This document shows positions 38,827 through 48,306 of a stretch of 64,000 nt of DNA, in pieces. The translations under genes and the position numbers were made by a program. This DNA comes from Candidatus Moraniibacteriota bacterium. Its GTDB lineage: Bacteria > Patescibacteriota > Minisyncoccia > Moranbacterales > UBA1568. Under the pieces are notes generated by a model. That model was not told the DNA's origin, ran no database searches, and was given only the letters and a program-made list of their open reading frames with translations. Where the stretch lies: NCBI GenBank assembly GCA_030648835.1, contig JAUSGT010000001.1:551-64550 (forward strand). Reading direction: 5' to 3'. Each line of letters begins with the position of its first letter. The stretch's first letter is position 1.

Positions 38827-40986
38827 TCACTTCTTTAATTTATGAGGGTTGTGGTTTGTACAAGTTTTATTGCTGCATCTTTCCGGGATTGTTTTCGTGC
38901 CTTCCATCATGAGTGAACCACAGAGTTTACAGAGGGCGCCGGTCGGTTTGGCCTTGATGGCGTTTTTACAATCGGGATAGAGGGAACAGCTGTAAAAAAT
39001 TCCGAAACGACCGCGGCGTTCGGTCATCTTACCTTTGCCGCAGGTAGGACAGGTAATGTCAGTCGAGGGAGTGGCATTCTCGTCTTTCTTGATGAATTTA
39101 CATTTCGGGAAATTGGAACAAGCAATGAATTTTCCGAATTTGCCATCCCGTTCGATGAGCTTGCCGTCTTTGCATTGTGGACAGGCCTCGCCGGTTTCTC
39201 TGGGTGGGGCGACTACTTTTCCCTCATCGGTGAGCGCTCCGTCGCACTCCGGAAAGCGTGAACAGCTGAAGAATTTTCCGGCGCGGGAAAGTTTGATGAC
39301 CATCGTCGCCCCACACTTGGGACATTCGGTCCCTTCCGGGGCGTCACCGATGTTCGTCACTTTTTCCACTTTGTCCTTGCTTTTCACTTCTCTGGCAAAA
39401 GGCGTATAGAAGTCTCGCAATGTTTTTTCGTATTCACGCTCTCCATTGGCAATGTCATCGAGCTTATTTTCCATATCGGCCGTGAATGTTTCGGAGACGA
39501 TATCTTCGAAGTGTTTGAAGAGAAAGTCATCCACGACGATGCCGACATCGGTAGCTTGGAGAGCTCTGCCTTCTTTTGTGACATAGCCGCGGTCCTGAAT
39601 GGTTTTGACAATCGCTGCGTACGTTGATGGTCGCCCGATGCCGCGTTTTTCTAATTCTTTGACAAGACCGGCTTCGGTGTAGCGCTTGGGTGGCTCTGTC
39701 TGTTTTTCTTCGGCTTCTATTTTTTCCAAAGTGAGCGGGTCGTTTTTTACCACTTTCGGTACTTCGATATCATCGCCACGAGCGGCGGTATCGAGAGCCA
39801 GCCAACCGTCGAAGAGGAGATGGGAGCCGTTCGTCGAAAAATCCGGCAGTGTCTTGTCGGTTGTATTGGCGATGATCTTGGTGCGGAGAATCTTGGCTTC
39901 AGTCATCTGACTTGCCAGTGTGCGGATACGGATGAGCGTGTAGAGTTTCTTTTCATCATCAGTGAGGCCGGCAGATTTTTTGAACGGATCAGTCGGGCGG
40001 ATAGCTTCGTGAGCTTCTTGCGCGTTCTTGCTTTTGGTTTTGTAGCGACGGACAGTGAGATATTTTTCACCGAATTCTTTTTTTACTGCCGCGATGATTT
40101 CCGGGAGAACGGTTTCGGAGAGAGAGATACTGTCCGTGCGCATGTAGGTGATGTGGCCTTTCTCGTAGAGTTTCTGGGCGGCGCGCATCGTCCGAGAGGG
40201 AGACATTCCGAGACGCGAACTGCCGGCTTGCTGGAGGGTAGAAGTCGTGAAGGGTGCGTATGGACGGCGTGTCGCTTCGGTGGCGGTAACATCGACAATT
40301 TCCCAAGATTTTTTTCTCGCAATCATGAGAATTTCATCGACACGTTTTTTTTCGGCAGGTTGTTCGGAGCAGGTAAAAAGAATACGCTCCTGTTTCTTTG
40401 TGAAACACTCGGCCACAATGACATGATATGTTTCGGGAATGAAGGCGCGGATTTCTTTTTCCCGCTCCACGAGGATATGAAGGGCAGGAGATTGGACTCG
40501 GCCGGCCGAGAGACCGTAGCGGACTTTTTTCCAGATGAGACCGGAGAGATCATAGCCGACGAGACGATCGAGGACGCGCCGGGCTTCCTGGGCTTTACGC
40601 AGGTTTATATCGAGTTCGCGCGGATGCTCTACCGCCTCCCTCACAGCCTTCTCGGTAATTTCATAAAAGAGGACACGTTTGGGGTTTTTGATGCCGCAGG
40701 TTTCGGCCACATGCCAAGAAATCGCCTCACCTTCTCGGTCAGGGTCGGTAGCCAGGAGGACAACGCTGCTTTTTTTGGCGAGTGTTTTGATTTCGTTTAC
40801 GACAGATTCTTTGCCGGGAGAAATGACGTAGCGGGGGATGAAACCGCCCTCAATGTCGATAGCATCTTTGTTGGATTTTGGCAGGTCGCGGATGTGCCCG
40901 ATGGAGGCGACGACCCGGTATTCATTGTTGAGATACTTTTCTATGGTCTTGGCTTTGGATGGTGATTCGACAATGAGAAGCTTCAT
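38827..40986 (-). CDS. topA: DNA topoisomerase I with C-terminal zinc-ribbon repeats
   Basis: 719 aa. TOPRIM N-terminus 'LLIVESPSKAKTIEKYL', the active-site Tyr region, and four C4 zinc ribbons. Confidence 0.9.
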   Translation of the reverse strand: MKLLIVESPSKAKTIEKYLNNEYRVVASIGHIRDLPKSNKDAIDIEGGFIPRYVISPGKESVVNEIKTLAKKSSVVLLATDPDREGEAISWHVAETCGIKNPKRVLFYEITEKAVREAVEHPRELDINLRKAQEARRVLDRLVGYDLSGLIWKKVRYGLSAGRVQSPALHILVEREKEIRAFIPETYHVIVAECFTKKQERILFTCSEQPAEKKRVDEILMIARKKSWEIVDVTATEATRRPYAPFTTSTLQQAGSSRLGMSPSRTMRAAQKLYEKGHITYMRTDSISLSETVLPEIIAAVKKEFGEKYLTVRRYKTKSKNAQEAHEAIRPTDPFKKSAGLTDDEKKLYTLIRIRTLASQMTEAKILRTKIIANTTDKTLPDFSTNGSHLLFDGWLALDTAARGDDIEVPKVVKNDPLTLEKIEAEEKQTEPPKRYTEAGLVKELEKRGIGRPSTYAAIVKTIQDRGYVTKEGRALQATDVGIVVDDFLFKHFEDIVSETFTADMENKLDDIANGEREYEKTLRDFYTPFAREVKSKDKVEKVTNIGDAPEGTECPKCGATMVIKLSRAGKFFSCSRFPECDGALTDEGKVVAPPRETGEACPQCKDGKLIERDGKFGKFIACSNFPKCKFIKKDENATPSTDITCPTCGKGKMTERRGRFGIFYSCSLYPDCKNAIKAKPTGALCKLCGSLMMEGTKTIPERCSNKTCTNHNPHKLKK

Positions 40987-41079
40987 AATTCAATCAACAG
41001 ATAACAATTAACAGTAAACGAAGAATGTTCAGAAGTAAGCAGACAACAAAATTATGTTTTTTGTTAACTGTTAACTGCC

Positions 41080-42180
41080 TTATGTTCGGATATAGTGCAT
41101 GTTGCCGACATTGTGTATCAATCCTTTTATTTCGAGGAGTGTGAGGATGGAATTTGCGGACGATGTTTCCAGTCTAGCTTCTTTAATAATCTTGTCAACG
41201 TGGAGGGGTTCGTGCGAGAGGAGTTTGAAAATTTTTTCCTCTTCAGGAGAGAGATTGGGGCGAACGGACAAATCTGTTTCCCCTAACTTATTTTTTAGTG
41301 GGTGAGTTTGAGGAAGCTCTTCGAGAATATCCTGTACCGATGTGATTATTTTGGCGCCGGCTTTGATGAGGCGATGGGTGCCAAGCGAAGCTTCCGAAAA
41401 AATGGATCCCGGTACTGCAAAGACTTCCCGATTGTAGTCAATGGCCAGCCGGGCAGTGATGAGCGCTCCGCTTTTTTCCGGAGCCTCGATGACGACTGTG
41501 CCGAGTGTCATACCGGCGATGATGCGGTCGCGAGCCGGGAAGGTTCCTTCGGTAGCTTTGACGCCGGGGGCATACTCGGAAATGAGCGCGCCGGCATTCA
41601 CCACGGCACGGGCTAAAGGAAGATGCGATTGGGGGGAGATAGACGCTTCGTCGACTCCGCTTCCCAGGATGGAAAGTGTTTCACAACCGGCCTCAAGGGC
41701 GGCCTTGTGAGCGATGGAATCGATGCCAAAGGCGAGGCCGGAGACTATCACATACCCGGCATGCGCGAGATCGGTCGCGAGACGTTTGGCTACTTGTTCA
41801 CCGTAACCGGTAAGTTTGCGCGTGCCGACTATGGCAATGAGCGGTTTTTCCTTCCAATCATAATTACCGCGCACGAAAAGAATCATCGGCGCGTCAGGGA
41901 TCTCTTTCAAGAGGCGCGGATACGCTTCATCGGTGAAAGCCAAAATATGTACTCCTTGGTCTTCGATATGTTGCCACTCCTTGTTAGGCTGGAGGGAATT
42001 TCTTCCGGCAGTAATAGCGGCGACGGTGATGGGGCCGAGACCGTTTACGGCGAGGAGGGATTTTTCATCCGCTTCCCAAATGGCCTCGGCCGAACCGAAA
42101 TGGACAATGAGATCGCGGAGCGTCTTGTTTCCGATTCCTGGGATGAGACTGAGAGCGTAGAGGATGGCAGTCGGGCGCAT
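41080..42180 (-). CDS. dprA: DNA processing protein DprA (Smf)
   Basis: 366 aa with the Rossmann-like DprA core 'GIDSIAHKAALEAG...'. It lies upstream of topA in the conserved smf-topA arrangement. Confidence 0.85.
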   Translation of the reverse strand: MRPTAILYALSLIPGIGNKTLRDLIVHFGSAEAIWEADEKSLLAVNGLGPITVAAITAGRNSLQPNKEWQHIEDQGVHILAFTDEAYPRLLKEIPDAPMILFVRGNYDWKEKPLIAIVGTRKLTGYGEQVAKRLATDLAHAGYVIVSGLAFGIDSIAHKAALEAGCETLSILGSGVDEASISPQSHLPLARAVVNAGALISEYAPGVKATEGTFPARDRIIAGMTLGTVVIEAPEKSGALITARLAIDYNREVFAVPGSIFSEASLGTHRLIKAGAKIITSVQDILEELPQTHPLKNKLGETDLSVRPNLSPEEEKIFKLLSHEPLHVDKIIKEARLETSSANSILTLLEIKGLIHNVGNMHYIRT

Positions 42181-42303
42181 AAATTATGAGCAGAGAAAAT
42201 TGTTTTTTTGTTTGATGTCATTCATTGTAACGATGTTTCGTTTCATTCGCAACATATCCTCGACAAAAGAGTCCTTCTTCGTTACAATGGTCATATTTGT
42301 AAT

Positions 42304-42376
42304 GGGCCGTTAGCTCATCTGGTAGAGCACCGCATTTGCAATGCGGGGGTGGCAGGTTCGAGTCCTGTACGGTCCA
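42304..42376 (+). tRNA. tRNA-Ala (anticodon TGC)
   Basis: Acceptor gggccgt/acggtcc with a G3:U70 pair. Anticodon loop tTTGCAa. T-loop TTCGAGT. Confidence 0.8.
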
Positions 42377-42460
42377 CAAGATTCTTTCTCTTGAATCTTT
42401 TTCACATTTGTGTTAGCATTTGGATTGCTGTTTTAAATAAGGAGTGGTGGATATCCAAGG

Positions 42461-42534
42461 GGGTGATTAGCTCAGTTGGTTAGAGCGCTACACTGATAAT
42501 GTAGAGGTCCCAAGTTCGAATCTTGGATCACCCA
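42461..42534 (+). tRNA. tRNA-Ile (anticodon GAT)
   Basis: Acceptor gggtgat/atcaccc, anticodon loop cTGATAa, T-loop TTCGAAT. Confidence 0.8.
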
Positions 42535-42563
42535 CATAAAAGGTATACAATAGAAAATACACA

Positions 42564-42640
42564 GCGGGATAGCGCAGGTTTGGTAAGTCAGCTCGTCTGG
42601 GCTCATAACTCAGAGGAGGAGTGCAAGTAAAGCAAGAAGC
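42564..42640 (+). pseudogene. Degenerate tRNA-Met-like copy (decayed duplicate of the adjacent tRNA-Met)
   Basis: It shares 'cagctcgtctgggctcataac' (anticodon arm, CAT) with the downstream tRNA-Met. It has no canonical D-stem or T-arm (no GTTCGAATC). Confidence 0.3.
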
Positions 42641-42647
42641 CTATACA

Positions 42648-42721
42648 GCGGGGTAGAGCAGTCTGGCAGCTCGTCTGGCTCATAACCAGAAGGTCGGTGG
42701 TTCGAATCCACCCCCCGCAAC
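42648..42721 (+). tRNA. tRNA-Met (anticodon CAT)
   Basis: Anticodon loop cTCATAa, T-arm 'ggtggttcgaatccacc', acceptor gcggggt. Confidence 0.7.
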
Positions 42722-42818
42722 ACATGAAGCAAAATGAAAAGCTCATAATTGGCGGCAGAAAACGGTGACAGGGTTGGATGTTGTTGATTGTGAGTTCTTT
42801 GTTTTTTGGCCAGGGTAG

Positions 42819-42882
42819 CTCAGTTGGTTAGAGCATAGCCTTCATAAGGCTGGGGTCGCGAGTTCGAATCTCGCCCCTGGTA
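42819..42882 (+). tRNA. tRNA with CAT anticodon (tRNA-Ile2/lysidine-type or a second Met isoacceptor)
   Basis: Acceptor gccaggg/ccctggt, anticodon loop tTCATAa, T-arm 'cgcgagttcgaatctcgc'. The anticodon stem lacks the three consecutive G-C pairs of an initiator tRNA. Confidence 0.65.
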
Positions 42883-42897
42883 CAAAAAAATAATATT

Positions 42898-42974
42898 GGA
42901 CCGGTAGCTCAGCTGGTTAGAGCGCTTCCCTGTCACGGAAGAGGTCGCGGGTTCGAATCCCGTCCGGTCCGCCA
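42898..42974 (+). tRNA. tRNA-Asp (anticodon GTC), with CCA encoded
   Basis: Acceptor ggaccgg/ccggtcc, anticodon loop cTGTCAc, T-loop GTTCGAATC, 3' gCCA. Confidence 0.8.
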
Positions 42975-43125
42975 AGTCAAGATTTCAGTCCCAAGAGGGG
43001 CTGTTTTTTTCTTTAGGTAAACATTTGTCTTTTTGCCCGAGGGGTGTATGCTGAGGAAGTAAAGGGAGGGATTACATTTTATATGTGGTCCTTTTACAAT
43101 TTCCGAAACGAAAGAGAGGCAATCA

Positions 43126-44580
43126 ATGAAACACGGAGCGAAGTCAGGTAGGCCGACCCCCGAAAGGACCGAAATCAAGCTGTTTGTCGTGGATACGAAC
43201 GTGCTGATGCACGATCCTAACAGCTTGTTCCATTTTGAGGAACATGACATTTTCCTCCCGATGATGACACTTGAAGAGCTCGATCACCACAAGCAAGGTA
43301 TGACGGAAGTGGCGCGCAATGTCCGTCAGACGAGCCGTTATCTCGACGAAATCGTAAATGCGGCTACAGGCGATATCGATCAGGGCATCGAGCTTCGTCT
43401 GCACAATGGCGGCAATGCGACCGGGAGGTTGTTTCTTCAAACACAGGCGATTAACGCCGAATTGCCGGCGAATCTTGCGAATGGCAAAGCCGACAATCAA
43501 ATCATCGGTGTCGTCAAACATTTGCAGGCAACCTATTCCAAGCGCCAGGTGATTCTGGTCAGCAAAGATATCAATATGCGCATCAAGGCGCGCGCGTTGG
43601 GATTGGCTGCAGAGGATTACTTTAACGACAAGGTGCTCGAAGACACCGATCTGCTTTACACCGGTACGTATGAGCTACCTGCTGATTTTTGGGACAAGCA
43701 TGGCAAAGGGATGGAGTCATGGCAAGACAAGGATCGTTCATACTATCGCGTGCACGGCCCACTCTGTTCGAAGCTGCTTGTCGGCCAATTTGTGTATCAG
43801 GATGGCGATCGGCCGCTCTACGCTCAGGTTAAGGAGATCACTGGCAAGACCGCTGTTTTGCGGACGATCAAGGACTACGCGCACCAGCGCCATAACGTGT
43901 GGGGCATTATGGCGCGTAATCGCGAGCAGAATTTTGCTTTGAATGCGCTGATGAATCCCAATATCGATTTTGTCACGCTGCTTGGTCAGGCCGGTACCGG
44001 TAAGACCTTGCTGACGTTGGCGGCCGGTCTCATGCAGACTTTGGAACACAAGACTTACACGGAAATCATTATGACGCGGGTTACCGTGCCGGTCGGTGAG
44101 GACATCGGTTTTTTGCCCGGTACCGAGGAAGAGAAGATGAATCCGTGGATGGGCGCGCTCGAAGACAACCTTGATGTGCTCAATGGTGGAGGGGATCATG
44201 GTTCACACAAGGATGGAGAAGCCTCTCAGAGTTCTGAATGGGGACGGGCGGCGACACGCGATCTGATCCGCTCGCGTATCAAGGTTAAATCGCTCAACTT
44301 CATGCGTGGTCGCACGTTCATCAACAAGTACCTGATCATCGACGAGGGGCAGAATCTGACACCCAAACAAATGAAGACGCTCATTACACGCGCCGGCCCC
44401 GGTACCAAAGTGGTGGTGCTCGGCAATATCGCACAGATCGACACGCCGTACTTGACTGAAGGCAGTTCGGGGCTGACGTATGTCGTTGACCGTTTCAAGG
44501 GTTGGGAGCATGGTGGGCATGTGACGCTTTTGCGGGGGGAGCGTTCACGACTGGCTGATTATGCCGCCGAGGTGCTCTAA
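43126..44580 (+). CDS. PhoH2/YlaK-type protein (N-terminal PIN domain fused to a PhoH-like ATPase)
   Basis: 484 aa. PIN 'LFVVDTNVLMHD', Walker A 'GQAGTGKTLL' and Walker B 'LIIDEGQN'. Confidence 0.85.
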   Translation: MKHGAKSGRPTPERTEIKLFVVDTNVLMHDPNSLFHFEEHDIFLPMMTLEELDHHKQGMTEVARNVRQTSRYLDEIVNAATGDIDQGIELRLHNGGNATGRLFLQTQAINAELPANLANGKADNQIIGVVKHLQATYSKRQVILVSKDINMRIKARALGLAAEDYFNDKVLEDTDLLYTGTYELPADFWDKHGKGMESWQDKDRSYYRVHGPLCSKLLVGQFVYQDGDRPLYAQVKEITGKTAVLRTIKDYAHQRHNVWGIMARNREQNFALNALMNPNIDFVTLLGQAGTGKTLLTLAAGLMQTLEHKTYTEIIMTRVTVPVGEDIGFLPGTEEEKMNPWMGALEDNLDVLNGGGDHGSHKDGEASQSSEWGRAATRDLIRSRIKVKSLNFMRGRTFINKYLIIDEGQNLTPKQMKTLITRAGPGTKVVVLGNIAQIDTPYLTEGSSGLTYVVDRFKGWEHGGHVTLLRGERSRLADYAAEVL

Positions 44581-44594
44581 AGTAAGGGCAAAAA

Positions 44595-44632
44595 CGTGTG
44601 GGAGAGAAGCATTTCTCCCACACGGTTTTTTT
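44595..44632 (+). terminator. Rho-independent terminator after the PhoH2 gene
   Basis: Hairpin 'cgtgtgggagagaagcatttctcccacacg' followed by a T7 run. Confidence 0.7.
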
Positions 44633-44820
44633 ATTCAGGAGAAATGCTGTAAGATGAAGACAAGAGTCTATCATTTTTTAATACACACGTATGAGGTTGG
44701 TAGGAAAAAAGGAGGGGAAAAACGATGCCAAGCGGGGCAAACAGGATATGAGTATGCTTTCGCATAAAAAGAATATCGGGTCTATGTACGAAGCCCACCG
44801 ACTCGAGGGGAAAGTGAAGA

Positions 44821-45144
44821 ATGTGGGCATCAAGAATGTCGGTCATCAGAAAAAGAAATCTGTCGGAAATTGAACTTGCAATAGAAAATATGAGTTCGTT
44901 TACGGAAAAAGTTTTGGCCATTGTAAAGAAGATCCCGCGCGGGAAGATGATGACGTATGCGACTGTGGCCAAGCGCGCCGGAAGTCCGCAAGCGTTTCGC
45001 ACGGTGGGTTCGATTTTGAAGAAAAATTTTAACCCAGCGATTCCCTGCCATCGTGTGATCCGCAGTGATGGCTCTCTCGGAGAATACAATCGTGGAATAA
45101 GAGAGAAGATTCGAAAACTTCGTAGAGAAGGAGCAATTTTTTAA
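44821..45144 (+). CDS. O6-alkylguanine-DNA alkyltransferase-like protein (MGMT C-terminal domain only)
   Basis: 107 aa with the active-site 'IPCHRVIRSDGSLGEY' (PCHR motif). The start may be an internal ATG. Confidence 0.7.
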   Translation: MWASRMSVIRKRNLSEIELAIENMSSFTEKVLAIVKKIPRGKMMTYATVAKRAGSPQAFRTVGSILKKNFNPAIPCHRVIRSDGSLGEYNRGIREKIRKLRREGAIF

Positions 45145-45155
45145 CGTCTACTACT

Positions 45156-45617
45156 ATGCGTATCGAGAGTCCCGCCTTTGAAGAAAATGGTTTCCTCCCT
45201 GTTGCCTATACTTGTGATGGAGTAGGTGTCAATCCGCCACTTATATTTGCAGACGTGCCGACTGAAGCCCGGAGTTTGGCGCTCATTGTGGATGATCCTG
45301 ACGTGCCGAAGGATCGTCATCCGGATGGATTGTTTGTGCATTGGGTACTGTGGAATATTGATCCCGCGATTACAGGTATCGAAGAGAACAGCGTGCCACA
45401 AGGCGCGGTGGAAGGAGCTACGACCAGGGGAGTACCGGGGTTTGTCCGGGCTTGCCCGCCCGACCGTGAACATCGCTACTTTTTCAAGCTCTACGCGCTC
45501 GATACGCCTCTCAATCTTCCCGCGACGGCCGGAAAGGATGAATTGGAAAAGGCGCTGGAGGGTCATACTCTCGCTTCTGCTACTCTCATGGCGCGCTACG
45601 ATCGTCCTGTTAAATAG
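45156..45617 (+). CDS. YbhB/YbcL-family phosphatidylethanolamine-binding protein (PEBP)
   Basis: 153 aa with 'DPDVP...HWVLWNI...HRYFFKLYALD', characteristic of bacterial PEBP. Confidence 0.8.
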   Translation: MRIESPAFEENGFLPVAYTCDGVGVNPPLIFADVPTEARSLALIVDDPDVPKDRHPDGLFVHWVLWNIDPAITGIEENSVPQGAVEGATTRGVPGFVRACPPDREHRYFFKLYALDTPLNLPATAGKDELEKALEGHTLASATLMARYDRPVK

Positions 45618-45650
45618 ATTTGTCAGAGAACAAATCCTGTTGATTTTTTT

Positions 45651-46892
45651 ATGGGCATTATCGAATGGTTCCAACATAATACGTTTTCCTCACTGGCGAT
45701 ACGAAATTATCGTTTGTTTTTCATCGGGCAAGTAGTTTCTCTTTCCGGGACGTGGATGCAGACGGTAGTGCTCGGATGGCTTGTCATAGAGTTGACTGGT
45801 TCCGGTACTCAGCTCGGTCTCGTCGTTGCGTTGCAATTTTTGCCGTTGCTTTTTTTGGGTCCGTGGGGCGGCGTTATCGTGGATCGTTTCAAAAAGCGCT
45901 CTATTCTTACCGCCACAAGTTCGCTATATGGACTACTCGTCTCAGGAATGGCTCTCCTGATTTTTATCGGCGCCATCAAGTTGTGGATGCTGTATGTTTT
46001 CGCATTTTTGCTCGGCATGCTCAGGATTTTTGAAAATACGGCGCAGCAGACATTCGTAGCGGAGATGGTCCCTGAGGATGAGTTGAAAAATGCGGTGAGT
46101 CTGAATTCTCTGGCAGTCAATCTGGCTCGCGTCGTAGGCCCGACACTCGGCGGCGCGCTGATTGCCGGTTTTGGTATAGCATTCTGTTTTCTTTTCAACG
46201 CGCTGACGTATGTGGTTGTTTTGATCATACTCTTTATGATGCGCGAAAATGAAATCAATATGGCCATACCGAATGGGAAGAAATCGGGGCAATTGAGAGA
46301 AGGCTTGCGTTATATGCTTGCGGACCCACTCATCAAACACATATTACTTATGATGGCGGTCATCGGAACATTTGCCTATGAATTTCAGGTGAGTCTGCCA
46401 CTTTTGGCCGATCAGACATTTCATGGAGGTGTGGCGAGCTACGCGATGCTTCTCTCCGCGATGGGGGTCGGTTCTGTTGCTGGTGGATTGTATGCCGCTG
46501 GCCAGAGAAAAGTCGCTCCGCAATTTCTCATTACCTTTGCTCTTTTGTTCGGTCTGAGTATTGTCGTGACGGCGCTTCTACCGACGCTCGATGCGGCCAT
46601 AGCAGGAATGTTGTTCGTGGGATTTTTTTCTATCAATGTACTCACGCTTGGCAATACGATGCTCCAGTTGGAATGCGTGCCGGAGATGCGGGGGCGCGTG
46701 ATGGCGCTGTGGGGGGTGGCGCTGGTCGGGTCGACGGCTATTGGTGGCCCGATTATCGGTTTTATCGGCGAGTATGCCGGGGCGCGCTGGGGGTTGGCGT
46801 TTGGAGGGCTGATAACGGTGCTGGCAGCGGTAGTTGCGGCAGGAAATCTTCTCAAGAAAGACAAATTGAAAACTACTCTATCTGTTACATAA
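45651..46892 (+). CDS. MFS transporter
   Basis: 413 aa with about 12 TM segments and the MFS motif 'GPWGGVIVDRFKKR' between TM2 and TM3. Confidence 0.8.
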   Translation: MGIIEWFQHNTFSSLAIRNYRLFFIGQVVSLSGTWMQTVVLGWLVIELTGSGTQLGLVVALQFLPLLFLGPWGGVIVDRFKKRSILTATSSLYGLLVSGMALLIFIGAIKLWMLYVFAFLLGMLRIFENTAQQTFVAEMVPEDELKNAVSLNSLAVNLARVVGPTLGGALIAGFGIAFCFLFNALTYVVVLIILFMMRENEINMAIPNGKKSGQLREGLRYMLADPLIKHILLMMAVIGTFAYEFQVSLPLLADQTFHGGVASYAMLLSAMGVGSVAGGLYAAGQRKVAPQFLITFALLFGLSIVVTALLPTLDAAIAGMLFVGFFSINVLTLGNTMLQLECVPEMRGRVMALWGVALVGSTAIGGPIIGFIGEYAGARWGLAFGGLITVLAAVVAAGNLLKKDKLKTTLSVT

Positions 46893-46896
46893 AAAT

Positions 46897-47148
46897 ATGT
46901 CCTTTCTCATCGATGTGCGAACCCAAGAGGAATTTAAAGAGCGTCACGCACCGGGTGCTTTGAATATTCCTGTGGATGAAATATGCGCCGGGAAACTCGG
47001 TATATTGGAAGGGATACAAAAAAGTACTCCTCTTAAACTCTATTGCCGTTCGGGTAAGCGTTCCGAAACGGCCAAGGAAGTACTCGGTCTTCTCGGTTTT
47101 ACCGATGTTACCAATCTTGGCGGGCTGGATGATATAAAGAATGCTTAA
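46897..47148 (+). CDS. Rhodanese-domain protein (single-domain sulfurtransferase)
   Basis: 83 aa: 'IDVRTQEEFKERHAPGALNIP...YCRSGKRS' with the catalytic Cys in the CRSG loop. Confidence 0.8.
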   Translation: MSFLIDVRTQEEFKERHAPGALNIPVDEICAGKLGILEGIQKSTPLKLYCRSGKRSETAKEVLGLLGFTDVTNLGGLDDIKNA

Positions 47149-47346
47149 ATAAGGCATTATTTGAGATTTTTTGCCAAGACAGATAGTCCAGGTTTGACAA
47201 ATGAGAATAGACAAGCTATAATAGGACGGTGTAAGAGCCTGTTCAGAATCTCTCTTTGGTGGCATATGGAGGTTTCGAACAGGCTCTAAGAGACACAGAA
47301 AACAGAGTCGAGTTTTCCCGGTATTAAGCAATCGTAAAAGTATCAT

Positions 47347-47544
47347 ATGAACGGAATTATCAAAACTCTTACGGATAGAGGATTCGGATTCATCTCTCGC
47401 GATGGCGAAGAGAAGGATTTGTTTTTTCACTCCAAAGAATTGGTAGGTGTTACCTATGACGAATTGAAGGTCGGCGATGCCGTTACCTTTGAAGTCGTGC
47501 AAGGTGAGAAGGGCCCGGCTGCCACAGGTGTGTCACGTGCCTAA
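47347..47544 (+). CDS. Cold-shock protein (CspA family)
   Basis: 65 aa with the RNP1-like 'RGFGFI' and 'FFH' motifs. Confidence 0.9.
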   Translation: MNGIIKTLTDRGFGFISRDGEEKDLFFHSKELVGVTYDELKVGDAVTFEVVQGEKGPAATGVSRA

Positions 47545-47562
47545 AGACTACCGAGCTTTACA

Positions 47563-47594
47563 GAAAGCGCTCTCATTACGAGAGCGCTTTTTGA
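47563..47594 (+). terminator. Rho-independent terminator after csp
   Basis: Hairpin 'agaaagcgctctcattacgagagcgcttt' followed by a T-run. Confidence 0.7.
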
Positions 47595-47787
47595 TTTGTA
47601 GGTATTTTTATGGTTCGATGCTATACTGGAAGTGAAAAGCCTTCAGAAAGGACTGCGCTAAATTGAAACCCACCTGGATTTCAGGGAAAAATATATTTTT
47701 TCCGTTAATCTTTTTCAAGGGATTCAGTCGCTCTCCCGCATTGAGGGCTTTTTATATATATGATAAGATAGCTATAGGCTTGAAATT

Positions 47788-48192
47788 ATGAAATCACTGA
47801 AAAAATTCATTACTGGAGGCCTCATTGTGGCGCTCGCATCATTGGCGGGAAGTTTTTGTTTACATCCGATGTCAGTGCAAGCGGAGGGCGGAGACTCCAT
47901 AGATATGTCCGCTATGCACATGAATGAGCAGGGAGTGGTAGATAGCACGCATAGTATGCAGAGTAGTGATGCTTCAGCAGCTTCCATGAGCACATGCACT
48001 TTCGATTGTATCAGCACGATGCCGCAGGTTACAGTGACCAAAAAAACCAGTGCGAGCAGCATCCTTGCGCTTGCGGCTGTTTCTCCGGTAGAACAACCAC
48101 GACTGCTTGAGTTTTCTTCTGGTCCAACGGATCTCACGGGGACGCAGCCTCTGCCTCCGGACATCCTTTTTTCCGTAGTTAAAAGAGAATAG
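47788..48192 (+). CDS. Hypothetical secreted protein (Met/His/Ser-rich, possibly metal-binding)
   Basis: 134 aa with a signal peptide. No recognised family. It sits upstream of the copper island. Confidence 0.35.
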   Translation: MKSLKKFITGGLIVALASLAGSFCLHPMSVQAEGGDSIDMSAMHMNEQGVVDSTHSMQSSDASAASMSTCTFDCISTMPQVTVTKKTSASSILALAAVSPVEQPRLLEFSSGPTDLTGTQPLPPDILFSVVKRE

Positions 48193-48306
48193 ATTTATTC
48201 TGGCGCTTTCGAGATGAAAGAGTGGGTCTTTTTCATCTCTGCGCCACTCTGCCATTTCTTCGTTTAAGGAGTGGTTTTTGTTTCTTTACTATGTAACAAT
48301 GAACAC

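Noticed and set aside
39820-40965. 381 aa plus-strand ORF antisense to topA, and similar shadow ORFs opposite nrdD (59766..60308, 60318..61049), dprA (41623..42189), copA (50130..50713, 51078..51757), the SBP gene (4095..4754), PGI/PMI (5532..6407), ddl (12862..13572) and the HExxH gene (14887..15690)
   Set aside because: All lie within and opposite genes that have clear family signatures. None has a recognisable domain.
42208-42483. 91 aa ORF spanning the tRNA-Ala gene
   Set aside because: It runs across an unambiguous tRNA cloverleaf and is not protein-coding.
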